A DNA stretch of 64,000 nt. Source: Candidatus Krumholzibacteriia bacterium. GTDB lineage: Bacteria > Krumholzibacteriota > Krumholzibacteriia > Krumholzibacteriales > Krumholzibacteriaceae. The notes beneath the pieces were generated by a model. The model was not told where the DNA came from. It saw only the letters and a list, made by a program, of their open reading frames with translations, and made no database searches. Of this stretch, positions 63,669 through 64,000 are shown piece after piece (position 1 is the stretch's first letter; every line of letters starts with the position of its first letter). Position numbers and translations under genes: made by a program. The stretch is from the NCBI GenBank assembly GCA_963836185.1, contig CAWIIQ010000001.1, forward strand, positions 128,001 to 192,000, given 5' to 3'.

Positions 63669-64000
63669 TTCGAACCTGCCTGTTTCTCAAGGATCCTGCG
63701 CAGTTTCCTGCGCGCCCTGCTCAGCCTTGTGCACGCTCCGGCGTGGCTTATCTCGAGTTCCTCCGAAAGCTTCTTCGCGCTCTTTCCATCGAAGTAGAAT
63801 AGCATCAGCGGAGTGCGGTACTGCTCCGGGAGTTCGGCCAGAGCCTCGTGCAGCGCCGAATAGTCATCGGCATCCGGCTGCGGGTCTTTCATTCTTTCTT
63901 CCAGGAGCTCACGGCGCCTCGCTCTGACCCGGATATGATCGCGGCAGAGGTTTCTCGCGATGTGTGTGATCCACGGCCCGAACGATTCACCACTGCGAAG
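63665..64000 (-). CDS. ECF sigma factor, 5' end beyond the window
   Basis: SFGPWITHIARNLCRDHIR (region 2); LPEQYR..L.L.YF.GKS...TRLSRARRKLR (region 4). Confidence 0.9.
   Translation of the reverse strand, partial: LRSGESFGPWITHIARNLCRDHIRVRARRRELLEERMKDPQPDADDYSALHEALAELPEQYRTPLMLFYFDGKSAKKLSEELEISHAGACTRLSRARRKLRRILEKQAGSK

Overview
Gene-dense, GC-rich bacterial chromosome window with about 50 CDS and no rRNA, tRNA, CRISPR array or recognisable transposase. An anaerobe is likely: it has class III nrdDG and a rubrerythrin/superoxide reductase/FprA cluster. A C-terminal 'QNFPNPFNPST' FlgD-Ig sorting domain suggests an FCB-group lineage (inference). Housekeeping genes include typA, glnS, glgP, gdhA, ogt, nrdD/nrdG, a two-subunit RND pump and a tricorn protease. 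Two riboswitches are visible: TPP upstream of an orphan PurM-like enzyme, and cobalamin upstream of nrdD, overlapped by tandem NrdR boxes. At least 15 frameshifts occur, almost all single extra bases, most likely consensus errors rather than pseudogenes. The best candidate for an undescribed system is a three-gene minus-strand operon at 51.3-56.4 kb. It encodes a membrane-anchored receptor (cytoplasmic Lon/S16 protease domain, one TM helix, tandem-duplicated extracytoplasmic FG-GAP-like module), a very divergent sigma-like protein, and a soluble zinc-finger anti-sigma-like protein with an internal LAAA motif. This looks like a CRISPR-independent, envelope-sensing analogue of the CalpL-CalpT-CalpS protease cascade. 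All family assignments come from motif recognition only; no searches were run.
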